This document shows positions 24,366 to 36,372 of a stretch of 64,000 bases of DNA, piece by piece. This stretch comes from Geosiphon pyriformis uo1. Its lineage: Eukaryota; Fungi; Glomeromycota. Below the pieces are notes generated by a model. The model did not search any database. It was not told the DNA's origin and saw only the letters and a program-made list of their open reading frames with translations. Each line of letters starts with the position of its first letter. Position 1 is the stretch's first letter. The position numbers were made by a program, and so were the translations under genes. Location: contig JAAOMT010000779.1 in assembly GCA_016748015.1 (NCBI GenBank), positions 62,001 through 126,000 on the forward strand. The letters run 5' to 3'.

Positions 24366-26520
24366 TTTTTTTTTTATTGGAGTTTAATAAACAAAGCCCA
24401 ACCACTATTTAATATAATATGACTATGTAGGGTCTTAAATTAGATGTAGTTCATGCGTTTTCTACATGTAATCAGCTACTCGAGCCAGTTCAGACTATAC
24501 TACATTGATGCACCAGAAGAAAACTTACTCAAAGATGACATCTTTTGAATAACAAAAAACAGAGTCGCATTACAAGGAACCAATTCAACCAGCCATTTAG
24601 CTGTTTTCAAGGCATCAGCTTTAACATCAATAGGCTCATGTTCCCAAAGGGACAACAAGTTAGAAAACACCTCATTATCCAAACCAACTGAATGCTCTGA
24701 ATCACCAGACATATCAATATTCTCCATGCAGCATTTTTTTTTTTAAAGAAACCACTTCCCTCCCCAACTTACCAACAATCTTACTAAAAGAACCCATATG
24801 TACTATAATCTCATTGATCTTAAGGCCAAGTTTACTGCTTGAGACCAAATCCTTATTAATAAATTGCTCGAACAATTTGACCAAGAAACCAACTGGTTTA
24901 ACAATAGACTTAACCAAAGTAGAAAGCTTGACCAAATCAGATTCCAAAGAAGCCAACCGGAAAGATACCAAGAAATTATCAACAATTATAGAAGGGAAAG
25001 TAGAAGCCATCAAGGGAGGAAACTCAGAAAATTTCAGAGAAGCAGAAGCTTTTACATAAAAAACACCATCCACAAAACATGTCTTAAACACCTTGGGGGC
25101 CTTAGGAAAGGGAAACAGAGAAATTTTGTAGTCAACAGCCAAATGGTCTACTTCTTAACATCTGAAACATTGCCAACAACCAAAGGTTTTTCACCAAATA
25201 TAGCATTTTTTTAAGGTACCAGTTTTGACAACTGCAGAGTTCAAATCAACTTGGAAACCAAACATAACCAGAGCAAACCAAGAACAACAACCAAAATCAG
25301 ATGAACGAGAAATAAAACAAGTCTGGCCACCAACCTGGAGATCATATTACTAATTTCAAAGGCAGTACAGTCAGGAGGAAGGTTGACCAACTTGGCCTTA
25401 AACCTATTACAAGATACAATTGTTTCTTGTTAATTCACCAGAGGGAGAATTCTAACACTATTTTTGCCCACCAAAACTGACCAATGATTCAAAGCAGACA
25501 CAGCAGAGTTCAACTTTTCAAAATGAACTACCACATACTACTAAACACCAGCAGGCTTCAGCACAACATGAATGACACTTCCAAATGCACCGAGAGCTGT
25601 CTTAATGTCAGCAGCAGATACACCCAAGAGCACATTATGCAGCACAACAGTAGCAGAAAGAAAACCAGACTCAGAAATCACCAAAGACTTGGCAATTTTG
25701 AGAGTGGTCAAATGTACAGAGCTTGTAAGCTCAACCAAAAATGCAGTTTCCAAAGACACTTGAAAAGCAAACTCCATACAGAACAGCTTCACATTGTCTT
25801 TTGACACTGACTTTGCATCCAAGAAACCATGTATTGACTAAAAAACAGCCTTGACATAAGCCAATTTAATTTTAAAGGTAGTACTAGGCACCAAAGTGGA
25901 GGCCACCCACTCAGCAAATCTTTGACAACTAGTAATAGTTTCCCAAGCACCACCAGAAGTAGCACCAGAAACTAGAAGAGGAGATGATTCAGTTTCTATT
26001 TGATCAGCCCAGTTCTCAAAAACAGGTGATCCAACAGAAGGAGATTGTTTTGCTTTCAAAACCAGCGAGGATCTGCCAGAAGACACCACATTTGGCAACA
26101 CAGTCAGTGGTTGATCTAAGCCTATTTTGGATGACGTGCCAGATGATACTATGAAGATCTCATCTAAAATTTCATTGGAAACCACAAAGAAGTTCGGTGT
26201 AATAATAACAGAGGCAAGTGACTGCCCCATTTTTTTGAACTTTTGGTCTTTTTGACTATTTTTTTTGAAGAGGTGGTGCTAAAAACACCAGGTATTGAAT
26301 CTATAGAGAGGAAAACCAGCTTATTTACTGGTCTATTATTAAAAACTTTTGGGCTCTTAATCGGAGTGGAGGCAACACTTGGATTAACCCAAGTGTGTCT
26401 CTTTGAGGAAACTTTGACTGATGAAAAACCAGCCAAAAATGAGGAAGTTGCTTCAGTGGCTACCAAAGACAGCTTATTACAATTACTGGGTAGAAGAAAT
26501 TCTGAACTATTTATTCAAAC
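24366..26520 (-). mobile_element. ORF1-only non-autonomous non-LTR element carrying the LINE-family 3' tail
   Basis: Single disrupted ORF (~26466-24500) similar to LINE ORF1 (..HWSVLVGKNSVR.., zinc knuckle CFRC*EVDHLAVDY). TAG at 24500-24502 is directly followed by the family 3' UTR and poly(A). No endonuclease or RT. Confidence 0.75.
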
Positions 26521-26559
26521 ATAAATTTTTTAACTTACAGATTTTGAGTTGATTTTTTT

Positions 26560-28377
26560 ATTACTTTTTGTGTTTTTTAGTTTATCTTAAAATTAATTTA
26601 ACTAACAATTTTTTAACAAATGTGATTTATGTTTTTGTAAATATGATTTATTTTTAATCAATTTTTTGTATTTGGCATTTTACTTTTAAGTAAAATTTCA
26701 ATATTAATAGTTTTAGGTAAATTTGTTTTTTTCAAAATTTTTTACTCATTTAAATAATTTGGTATTATTTTTGTTAAACAGTTGTATAATAAAAAGAATA
26801 ATATTTTTGCCTAAAAAACTTTTAAGTATTAAAAAAGATTAGATTCTTATGGTTTTATTTCTGTTTAGTTTAAATTTATAATCAGTTTTTTGATTAGACT
26901 AAATTTTTACTCTGTTAGTTTATTTTTAATTGTTAATTGTTAATTTTTGGATATTTTTGGTTTATGTAAGTTTAAGTTGGTTTATAACTAGCTGTCTAGT
27001 ATTAATATGACTTATTTCTTTGTTTATATTAATAACTTTCTAAATAATTTAGATATTGCTAATATAAAAACTGATATTGCAGCTTTTTTTGTAAATATAA
27101 ATTTGAATATAAATGTTAAAATATCTTAATTAGTTTTTTTTACTATAATTAAGTTGTAAATTATTGTGTTTGCTTTGAAGTATATACTTTTTTCTAATAT
27201 AGTTGAAATATTTTTTAATAGTTAGATAACTTTGAATATATGTTATTTAGAATTGGTTTTAGTTTTATTGAATTTTTGCAATTATTGTTAAATTAAATAT
27301 TAATATATTGTAAACATTATTAAGAAAAAAATTTAAGTGTTAATTAACATAAAATTAAGAATTATTTAAATATGTTAAACAATAAAATAGTTAACAAAAT
27401 AGTTAATGTTATCTTATTTTTAAATATGGTGCTTTTAGTCTGTATACATAAATATTTATTAAAACTAATAGTAAAGTTGTTTAAAAAATATAAAACATTT
27501 TATCTGTAAAGCTTTTTAGATAATTTATCATGTTTATTAAAAGATTAGATCTAAATCTAGAGTTTTAATAGATAATTTACTTAGTAATATAAACTAAATC
27601 AAATTATTATTGTTATAATATCTTAATTTTTATATGTTAACTAGATTTACAAACAAAGTTATGACTAAAATTCACTTTTATTTTATAAAAACTTTATATT
27701 ACAGATTGCTGGTAGCTGTTTAAAAGTATTTTGTGTCTGTATTATAAAAATGTTAAGTTTTTAGATCATGTTTTTTCTTGTAAAATAGATAATAAAGCTT
27801 GCAAAGAATGTTTAAATACCTATATAGCCATTTGAAAAACTTTTTCTGGTTTGTTTAGATTATCTTTGTGTGTTTTCTAATTGTTTTTTTATGTTTTTCT
27901 AATGTTGCTATGTATTTGGCTTTGTATAAAAAGTTTGTTTTTAAGAATACTAAGATTGCTGGTTATAAAGTTGTGGACTTTGTGCATATTTTTAGACTGG
28001 CTCATAGGAATAATATCTAACTTGTTTACTCTAAATACTAGATTTTTATAAAAAAAAGTGGTCTAATTCTATACAATAAAAATATACCAATAATTGTTAT
28101 TAGTCTGCCATCTGTGCTATTTTGTAGTATGGTCAAGCTGCTTGAAATTGCTGAAGCTTTTAAAGTAAGTTTTAGTATACATAAATTGTGTTTATTTTTT
28201 TCGAATATTGAGGGTTCAGTCTCTGTATGTATAGATACATAGTGTTGTCCTAATTGGCTTGAGTGACTAGTCATGTGTAGTAAAATATATGATTCACACC
28301 TAATTTAGATCACTTAGTTTAATATATTATACTAGGCAGTATTTGAATCTTACTTATTAAACGTAATAATAAAAAAA
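26560..28377 (+). mobile_element. Degenerate 3' part of LINE (RNase H to 3' UTR/poly(A))
   Basis: ORF2-end remnant (FFSNIEGSVSVCIDT*, stop 28240-28242), family 3' UTR and A-run 28371-28377. The upstream part is extremely AT-rich. Confidence 0.75.
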
Positions 28378-29554
28378 TTATAGTGAATCTTAATCTGAAA
28401 GAAAACCAATAAAAATATTAATGCAGTTAAGTATTAATTAAAAAAATACTTCTTCATTTATCTTAATTAGTAGATTTAAAGTGTATTAATACTCGTTATT
28501 ACTTTAAAAATTGGAATTTAATTCATTCATTTCCTGGTGACCAAGTGTTTTGAACAGGAAACCAAATCAAGATTGTATAAAATCGAGTAATGAAAAATAA
28601 AAATAAAAATTATATAAGCTATTTTGATACAGTTAAGCATGAAAAATTTTAAATTGCCAATTGTAGAATATCCTCACTAAAAACATTGATATCACTACCT
28701 TAGAAGATTAAATCTTTAAAACTTTTAGATATTGGGCACTAAAAAGATTAAAATCGGCATACTTCGAGTATAAAAGATTCAGAGCGCTGATATTAGCAGC
28801 AGAGAGTAGATTAAAGAAAGTGGTAGGCTTTGGATACTGCCAGTCTAGTGTTGAAAATTAAAAAAATAATACTGATTCAAGAAATATATATGAATCAATT
28901 AACTTTGTGTTTTAATCCCGATTGAATCTAACTACTACAAAGAAAAGTGGTTTCAATAAATACTTAGTATCTATTTAAATAAAATTAATGAGATCAATGA
29001 AACTTACCATATTAATAATGTATTTAAAGTTATAATGATACTTAACCAATTCAATTGGATTTTAAATACACGTAATTTGTCGTGTTTTTAAGAAATTCTT
29101 TAAGCCTCATTTAATTTGTTGTTTTAAATATCGAGTTAAGATAAAGAATAAATCAACCCTCAACCGTCATAATATGAGATCATATTCATTCTTATTGATT
29201 TGATCAATGAAAATGTTTTAGATTTTTAATAATTGAGAACTTAACCTGATAACCAATCTATGAGTGAAAGCACAATGCTATAAGTTATAATAATTTAACT
29301 TAAAATTTATAAGATTGAAGTTTACAAAAGGAAAATTTATTAGTTTATCCAAAATATAAAATTTTCCACCTTTAATATTTTGAATATGTTTATGTAAACT
29401 TTACAGTCAATAATCCTCACACTCGAAAATAAAAGTAAAATTCTTTTAAAAAATGAATCTATATATATATTGAACATTATTTAAGTGGCTACTGATTTCG
29501 TCATTTTGATCAGAATTTGAATTCATCGATTGCGTACATACCATGCATTGCTAA

Positions 29555-32500
29555 TTAATCAATCCCTAAATCCAACTCGAACTCTAAAAAAAGGTAGTGG
29601 TGGTTAACTTAAGAAAGTTTTTTAAATATTAAATGTAATAAATTAAAGGCCTACCCTTTGTAGAAGATTCAGGTTTTGAGATTAATCGGCTTCTATATCT
29701 TGCCGTATCTGGGATAGTATCTTGTGCCTCTTGAGAATTAAGGCTTTTTTCACGGATAGGTTGATTTAAGTTACAATTATCACGAGCAGCAATAACGGTT
29801 TGTTGAAGTTCTTCTGCACTATCACGACAACACGGATCATATTGCCAATTTTTTTGAATCATTTCCTGAATACATTGAGGTGTATGTTTTTTGATTATAG
29901 GACGCTTTCCATCGATCACATCAAATCGCACGTAAATAGGTTCTGTATTATTCAAAGGTCTTTCTCCCGAAATGATTTCACAGGAAATGATTGCAAAGCT
30001 GTATATATCGCTATACTTAGTATGAGGAGCTCCCTTGCAAATCTCGGGTGCGAGATACTCAAGAATACCATAAATATTACCAGACCGTGGAGAGTAATCG
30101 GCGGGACGACAGAGTCCAAGATCAGAAATAACAATTTTTAAGGGGTTTGTTTTCAAAACAAGGATATTTCCAGGATGTAAGTCTCCATGCACTAGTTCTG
30201 ATTCATGCATAAACCTTAGGCCACTGGCAATTTGAAAAAGAATACGAAGAAACATTTCCCAAGTAAGAGTGGTTTCGTTCATCTTGAGAAAAGCTCTGAG
30301 GTCTCCGTGTTCCGCAAATGGTAAAACCATAATAAAGTCATCGGTTTTAACATTTTTGGTTATTCCATAGCATTCAAGAATGTATTTGCAAGAGGCACTT
30401 GTAAGATGCGCAATAAACTATTTCAATGCATTTTCTAATTTTAGAAAAAGAAATTGGATTAATAAAAACCACATAAATTTCTTAAAGGAAATACCTCATC
30501 TGAATTGATATATTTAATATTTTGGCTATTTTTAAGATATTTTAAAGCAACCTTTGTGACCCCAGTTCGTTCATACTTTTGAATTTTCTTGTTCCAAAAT
30601 AAAATTCTGCCTTTCTTCCATCTACCTTCTTTAACAATACCAAATCCTCCCTCTCCCACCTTATCTAAAAATTCGATCTCGTCGGGAGAAATCCATTCCA
30701 GGCAGCCTCTGCAGTTTTCAGAACTACGCTGTGTATATATTATATAATGATTAATATTATTATTTCCACTATCCCATGTTTTCCAAATCTTTGAAAATCG
30801 TGAATCTTCACAAGATTTACACCAAAGTGGATCTTTTAATGCACTATAGCATTCCGGACATTTCGGCAAGGCGGCGTTAAAAGTAATTTTATCACTTTTG
30901 TTATTATCACAAAATGGACATATAGCAGATTCATTAATTATTATACCCAAATTGCCACATTTAAGACATTTGAATTCATCTGAAAGCTGATCAAAGAAAG
31001 CTTCAAAATCTAAAAATTCTTCGTTGAAATTATCGGAGTATTTAAAGCCTCGATTTTGGAATTGTAAGATAACATATTCCATATTGTCTTGATTCTTTAA
31101 AGTAAGGTCATGGACATCCAAATCAGGAAAATCACATAATTTATTCATTTCTGCTACTTTTGAATAGAGTTTAAATGCTTTTGCAAGGTTTTTTATGGTT
31201 CCCCATCCATTTTGATAACACCATCCAAGGTTATATTGTGTATTTTGATTTCCCGCCTCTGCTGTTTCTAAATAGAATTCAAATGTTTCTTTTAGATTTT
31301 CCATTGTTCCCCATCTATTTCGATAATGCATTCCGATACTGGTTTGTGGACTCGGATTTCCCACTTTTTCCAGATCTTCCATTGTTTCCAATCTATTTCG
31401 ATGTGTTGTAAGATTAACTTGTGCAATCAAACTTCCCGCCTCTGCTGCTTTTGAATAGAGTTCAAATGCTTTTTCCTCATTTTTCGTTGTTCCCCAACCA
31501 TTAGCATAACAAACCCCAAGATTTAATTGTGCATTTGTATTACCTGCCTCTGCTGCTTTGGAATAAAGTTCAAATGCTTTTTCTAAATTTTTTGTTGTTC
31601 CCCTTCCATTTTCATGACAAATCCCGAGATTTAATTGTGCAATTGTATCTCCTGCCTCTGCTGCTTTTGAATAAAGTTCAAATGCTTTTTCTAAATTTTT
31701 TGCCGTTCCCCTTCCATTAGCATAACAAACGCCAAGATTTGTTTGTGCATTTGTATTACCTGCTTCTGCTGCTTTTGAATAGAATTCAAATGCTTTTTCT
31801 AAATTTTTCATTGTTCCCAATCCATCTCGATAATAATTTCCAAGCTTCAATTGTGCATCTGTATGTCCCACCTCTGCTACTTTTGAATAGAGTTCAAATG
31901 CTTTTTCCTCATTTTTCGTTGTTCCCCATCCATTAGCATAACAAAGTGCAAGATTGAATTGTGCTTTTGTATTCCCCACCACTGCTGCTTTTGAATAGAG
32001 TTCAAATGCTTTTTCCTCATTTTTCCTCGTTCCCAATCCATCTCGATAATAATTTCCAAGATTCAATTGTGCATCTGTATTTCCCACCTCTGCTGCTTTT
32101 GAATAGAGTGTAAATGCTTTTTCCTCATTTCTCGTTGTTCCCCATCCATTAGCATAACAAAGTGCAAGATTGTATTGTGCATTTGTATGTCCCACCTCTG
32201 CTGCTTTTAAATAGAGTTCAAATGCCTTTTCCTCATTTTTCGTTGTTCCCCATCCATTAGCATAACAAACCCCAAGATTTAATTGTGCATTTGTATTACC
32301 TGCCTCTGCTGCTTTTGAATAGAGTTCAAATGCTTTTTCTAAATTTTTTGTTGTTCCCCTTCCATTTTCATGACAAATCCCGAGATTTAATTGTGCAGTT
32401 GTATCTCCTGCCTCTGCTGCTTTTGAATAAAGTTCAAATGCTTTTTCTAAATTTTTCGTTGTTCCCCATCCATTAGCATAACAAAGTGCAAGATTTGATT

Positions 32501-33362
32501 GTGCATTTATATTACCCGCCTCTGTTGCTTTTGAATAGAGTTCAAATGCTTTTTCCTCATTTTTCGTTGTTCCCCATCCATTATCATAACAAACCCCAAG
32601 ATTTAATTGTGCATCTGTATCTCCTGCCTCTGCTGCTTTTGAATAGAGTTCAAATGCTTTTTCTAAATTTTTTGTTGTTCCCCATCCATTAGTATAACAA
32701 AGTGCAAGATTGTATTGTGCATTTGTATGTCCCGCCTCTGCTGCTTTTGAATAGAGTTCAAATGCTTTTTCCTCATTTTTCGTCGTTCCCCATCCATTAG
32801 CATAACAAAGTGCAAGATTATATTGTGCATTTGTATGTCCCACCTCTGCTGCTTTTAAATAGAGTTCAAATGTCTTTTCCATATTTTTCGTTGTTCCCCA
32901 TCCATTAGCATAACAAAGTGCAAGATTTGATTGTGCATTTATATTACCCGCCTCTGTTGCTTTTGAATAGAGTTCAAATGCTTTTCCTCGATCTTGTGAA
33001 GTACCAATTCCATTATTATAACAATAACCTAAGAAAAATTGTCCAAAGGAATCTTCTGCATTCGCTGCTTTCTGAAATTCTAAAAATGCTTTTGTTAAAT
33101 TAGGAATAGTTCCAATCCCATGTTCTAAACAAAATCCGAGCAAAATATTGTCTATCGAACGCTTTGGACTTTTATTATTCAAGCAATTGAATAAGTCTTT
33201 AGGAGTTTTCTGATTGCGCACAAGATGATTTTTAACTAAGTCAGCAACTTTTGAATATTCACTAGCTGGAAAAATGGCCAAACTTTCTTTAATGACTATG
33301 AATGTTCCTTCAAGCCAGTCGAGGGGTGAAGTTGGGTTTTCAATTGATGATTTTGAAGACAT
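29555..33362 (-). CDS. SEL1-like repeat / Cys-rich / tyrosine-kinase-like (TKL) protein kinase
   Basis: Predicted exons 33362-30495, 30417-29655 and 29583-29555 (GT-AG, in frame). ~19 36-aa SEL1 repeats, CxxC pairs, GEGGFG, VALK, HGDLHPGN, DLG, APE. Confidence 0.92.
31150..33150 (-). repeat. 108-bp coding tandem repeat array (SEL1 repeats)
   Basis: Near-identical 108-bp units, e.g. GCTTTTGAATAGAGTTCAAATGCTTTTTC recurring every 108 bp. Confidence 0.95.
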
Positions 33363-34722
33363 GATTTTCAAGCAACACAAATAGATTATTAAACCCTGAA
33401 TGTTTTGTATGGGTAAAGAAAGATTTTTAAAAGAGTTCGTCTTGCTAATAAATAAGGATTTCAACGTAAATCAAATTCCCGAAAAGGCTAAATCTGAAAC
33501 GTTAAAAAGTTCTGAAAATAGACCCTTACTTCATTCCCTCATTTACATGGTTTAAACGAGTAGGGTTCGTCTGGAAGTCAAATGACCGCAAGGGTGTAAA
33601 AAGGCTAACTATGCTTGTCATTGTCTTATTGCTATTTTTAAATGAAAACTTAAAGTTAGGTTATAGTTCGCTGGTTTCAATAGCTCATTGATAAATTCCT
33701 TGAATGCATAATCTAATTTTAAGGTTGTGACGATCTTCGTTAACCCTAGTCGCTTTTCTTAGCTCTTGCTTAGATAAAGTTTTATCTTGGGATTTCAGCG
33801 AGTCTATAACTGCTTTATGAATATTTGTCAATAAATTATTATAAAAAAAATGCTAAACCTCTATATTTATCTTAATATTTAGTCCAAAATCGTTAAAACT
33901 TTAAATTTTTCTGTTTTTGGGCGTTTTTTTACTTTGCAAATATTTTATCAAAAAAATACAAAAAGTATATGTAAAATTATTTAAAACTTTTTGTAAAAAT
34001 ATATGGTTTCATGTTTTTTAAAAAAATGGTTTATTATTGATGTTATTTTAAAAATATGTATACAATTATTATTATTACTATTATTATTGTTGTTGTTGTT
34101 GTTGTGAACATATATTGTTTTTTTTTGAAATACATTAAATTTGGATTTTACAGATTTTAATAAAAAAGCTTATAATTTGTTTTTAAAACAATAATAAAAA
34201 TTAAATTAAAAAGATTTTTTTTGAATTTTTAACAATAGTAATAATAATAATTATTATTATTATTGTTGTTTTTAAAATAAAAAATGTGAAAATTAATTAA
34301 TAATAACAATTAGTTTTAAGTAATTTTTTTATGATTATTATAATTAATAATTTTAAAAAAAAGACATTTTTAAATATTTTGAAAAATATTATTTTTGATT
34401 AAAATATTAGCATTATATTAAAATCAATTAATGATTTTGTTCATATTTGTTTTTCAATTATATTGGTAAAAAAAATAGTTAAATTCAATAAATAAGATAG
34501 AAATTAATCAATTAATCAGAAAATTAAATATTATAAATTAAAAATTCTATTTTAATATATTATATATATATATATATATAAGATTTTTTAATTTATAGAA
34601 TAAAGGTTTTATTAATTATATATTTAAAGTAGAAATTATATTTGAAATACAATAAAAGCTATCTCAAGTATATCACTTATAAAGATGAAGATGAAGATAA
34701 AGATGAGCGATCACGATTAGAT

Positions 34723-36372
34723 CTAATAATAGTCGTCTAATAAAAAAAGGCAAAAATAAATAAGTCTTAATAATATAAGCATAAAGATAAGGATATTTTT
34801 ATATTTAATTTCTTACCTTCAGGTAAATAGATTAATTCTGTTATAAAGTAAATTAATGTAAAAATTTAATATATATACTAATTAAAATCCAAGAATTAAA
34901 TAAAATATAAAAACTCTAATAAAATTAGATGAACTAACCTTTAGAAAATTGATTCATTTGCAAAGTTAAAACACGACTTGTATAAATTGCTCCTGGATGA
35001 ATGTTCGTTGTTATTATTGAATAATTTGTTGTCGTGTCGTTCTTTACCATTTCTTCTATGTATTTATCTGATTCTTCAAACTGGATTTTTTCAGAACTCC
35101 GAGTTTTAGACTTTGCCACGTTACGAAGTGCAAACAACTTGTTGTAAACTTCTTTGGCAGTAGGACGACTCTTAGGATTAGCATCCCAACACTTTTCAAT
35201 TATTTCGGCAATACAAGGTGGAATAAGTGGAGAGGTGATTTCAGGTCTAACACCATTAAGAGAAATATCGAATATGAGATCGCGATCATGAGAACGATCA
35301 TGAAAAGGAGGCTTTCCTGTTGCTAATTCCCATAATAACATGGAAAAACTATAAATATCACCAGCCATTGTAAACCTTTCTCCTTTTATAACTTCTGGTG
35401 GAATGTATGGAATCACTCCAAATATTCCTTTTTTTTCCTCCTCCGTCGTTGTTGCTTCATTGTTTACTGGTTGACATAATCCGAGGTCTCCAATTCTTAC
35501 AATATTTCCATAATATTGTAGAATGTTCCCTGAGTGTAGGTCACGATGAACCATACCAGAAGAATGAATAGCCTCAAGTCCAGAAATTATACGCCACGAC
35601 GCCGTTAATTTATCTACCCAATTATTAGAATAAAAATTTGTTGATAAATATTTTCGCATATCACCATTTTCAGCAAAATCCGTCACAATTCCATATTCCA
35701 GTGTTTCAGGGTTTTGCGTAATTCCATACACTGAAGTGATATCGAGTAACATGTGACCCGTATTAATAAACATAGCTCTTTGAATAATTAACTATTAATA
35801 GTATAAATTAAATGTTAAATTAAATTAATAGATGATATATATATATATAGTAAATAAATAATAGGTAAAATATGAATTAAATATAAATGATAATAGTTTT
35901 GTTTTACCTCTTTAAATACTTCTTCATTATTCTTCATAATTTTTATTGCTATTTTATTTCCCTCTCCTTCTGTTCCCCATCTTTTTGTTGTATATTCCAT
36001 TGAACCATGATGTTTTATACTATATGAATTCATTAATCCTTTAGTCACAATCCCATTATAAATTATTCCGAATCCTCCTCTACCACATTCGTTGATATTC
36101 GACATATCCTCCCATGGAATCCAATCATAAAAATTTAAACTACCAGTGTCTTCTGAATCATCTTCATTATTAGGTGGAATATAGATTGGGTTCTTGATTA
36201 TTTCATCAACTACTTTATTGCCACTTGAAAAGTTCTTGTAAAATTTTTTAAAAAATATGAATTTGCATGCTGCACACGAATTATAATCCTCTTTGATGCT
36301 TTTTTGACACACTTTACACAGGTCGCAATCATGAGATTCTGAAATAGCAGTTTTAATTTCTTTGTTTTCCAT
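34723..36372 (-). CDS. TKL-family protein kinase (RD type) with short N-terminal Cys-rich segment
   Basis: Exons 36372-35908 and 35791-~34939, plus two probable small 3' exons ending at TAG 34723 (alternatively the stop is at 34934). GRGGFG, IAIK, HRDLHSGN, DLG, PPE. Confidence 0.88.

Noticed and set aside
31175-33103. Repeated plus-strand ORFs (..LYYLPLLLLNRVQMLF..) and a CRISPR-like regular repeat
   Set aside because: Antisense frames of the 108-bp SEL1 coding repeat. Units are contiguous with no unique spacers, and the locus is eukaryotic.
34060-34580. (TTA)n/(TTG)n and (TA)n microsatellites
   Set aside because: Ordinary simple repeats in AT-rich intergenic DNA.
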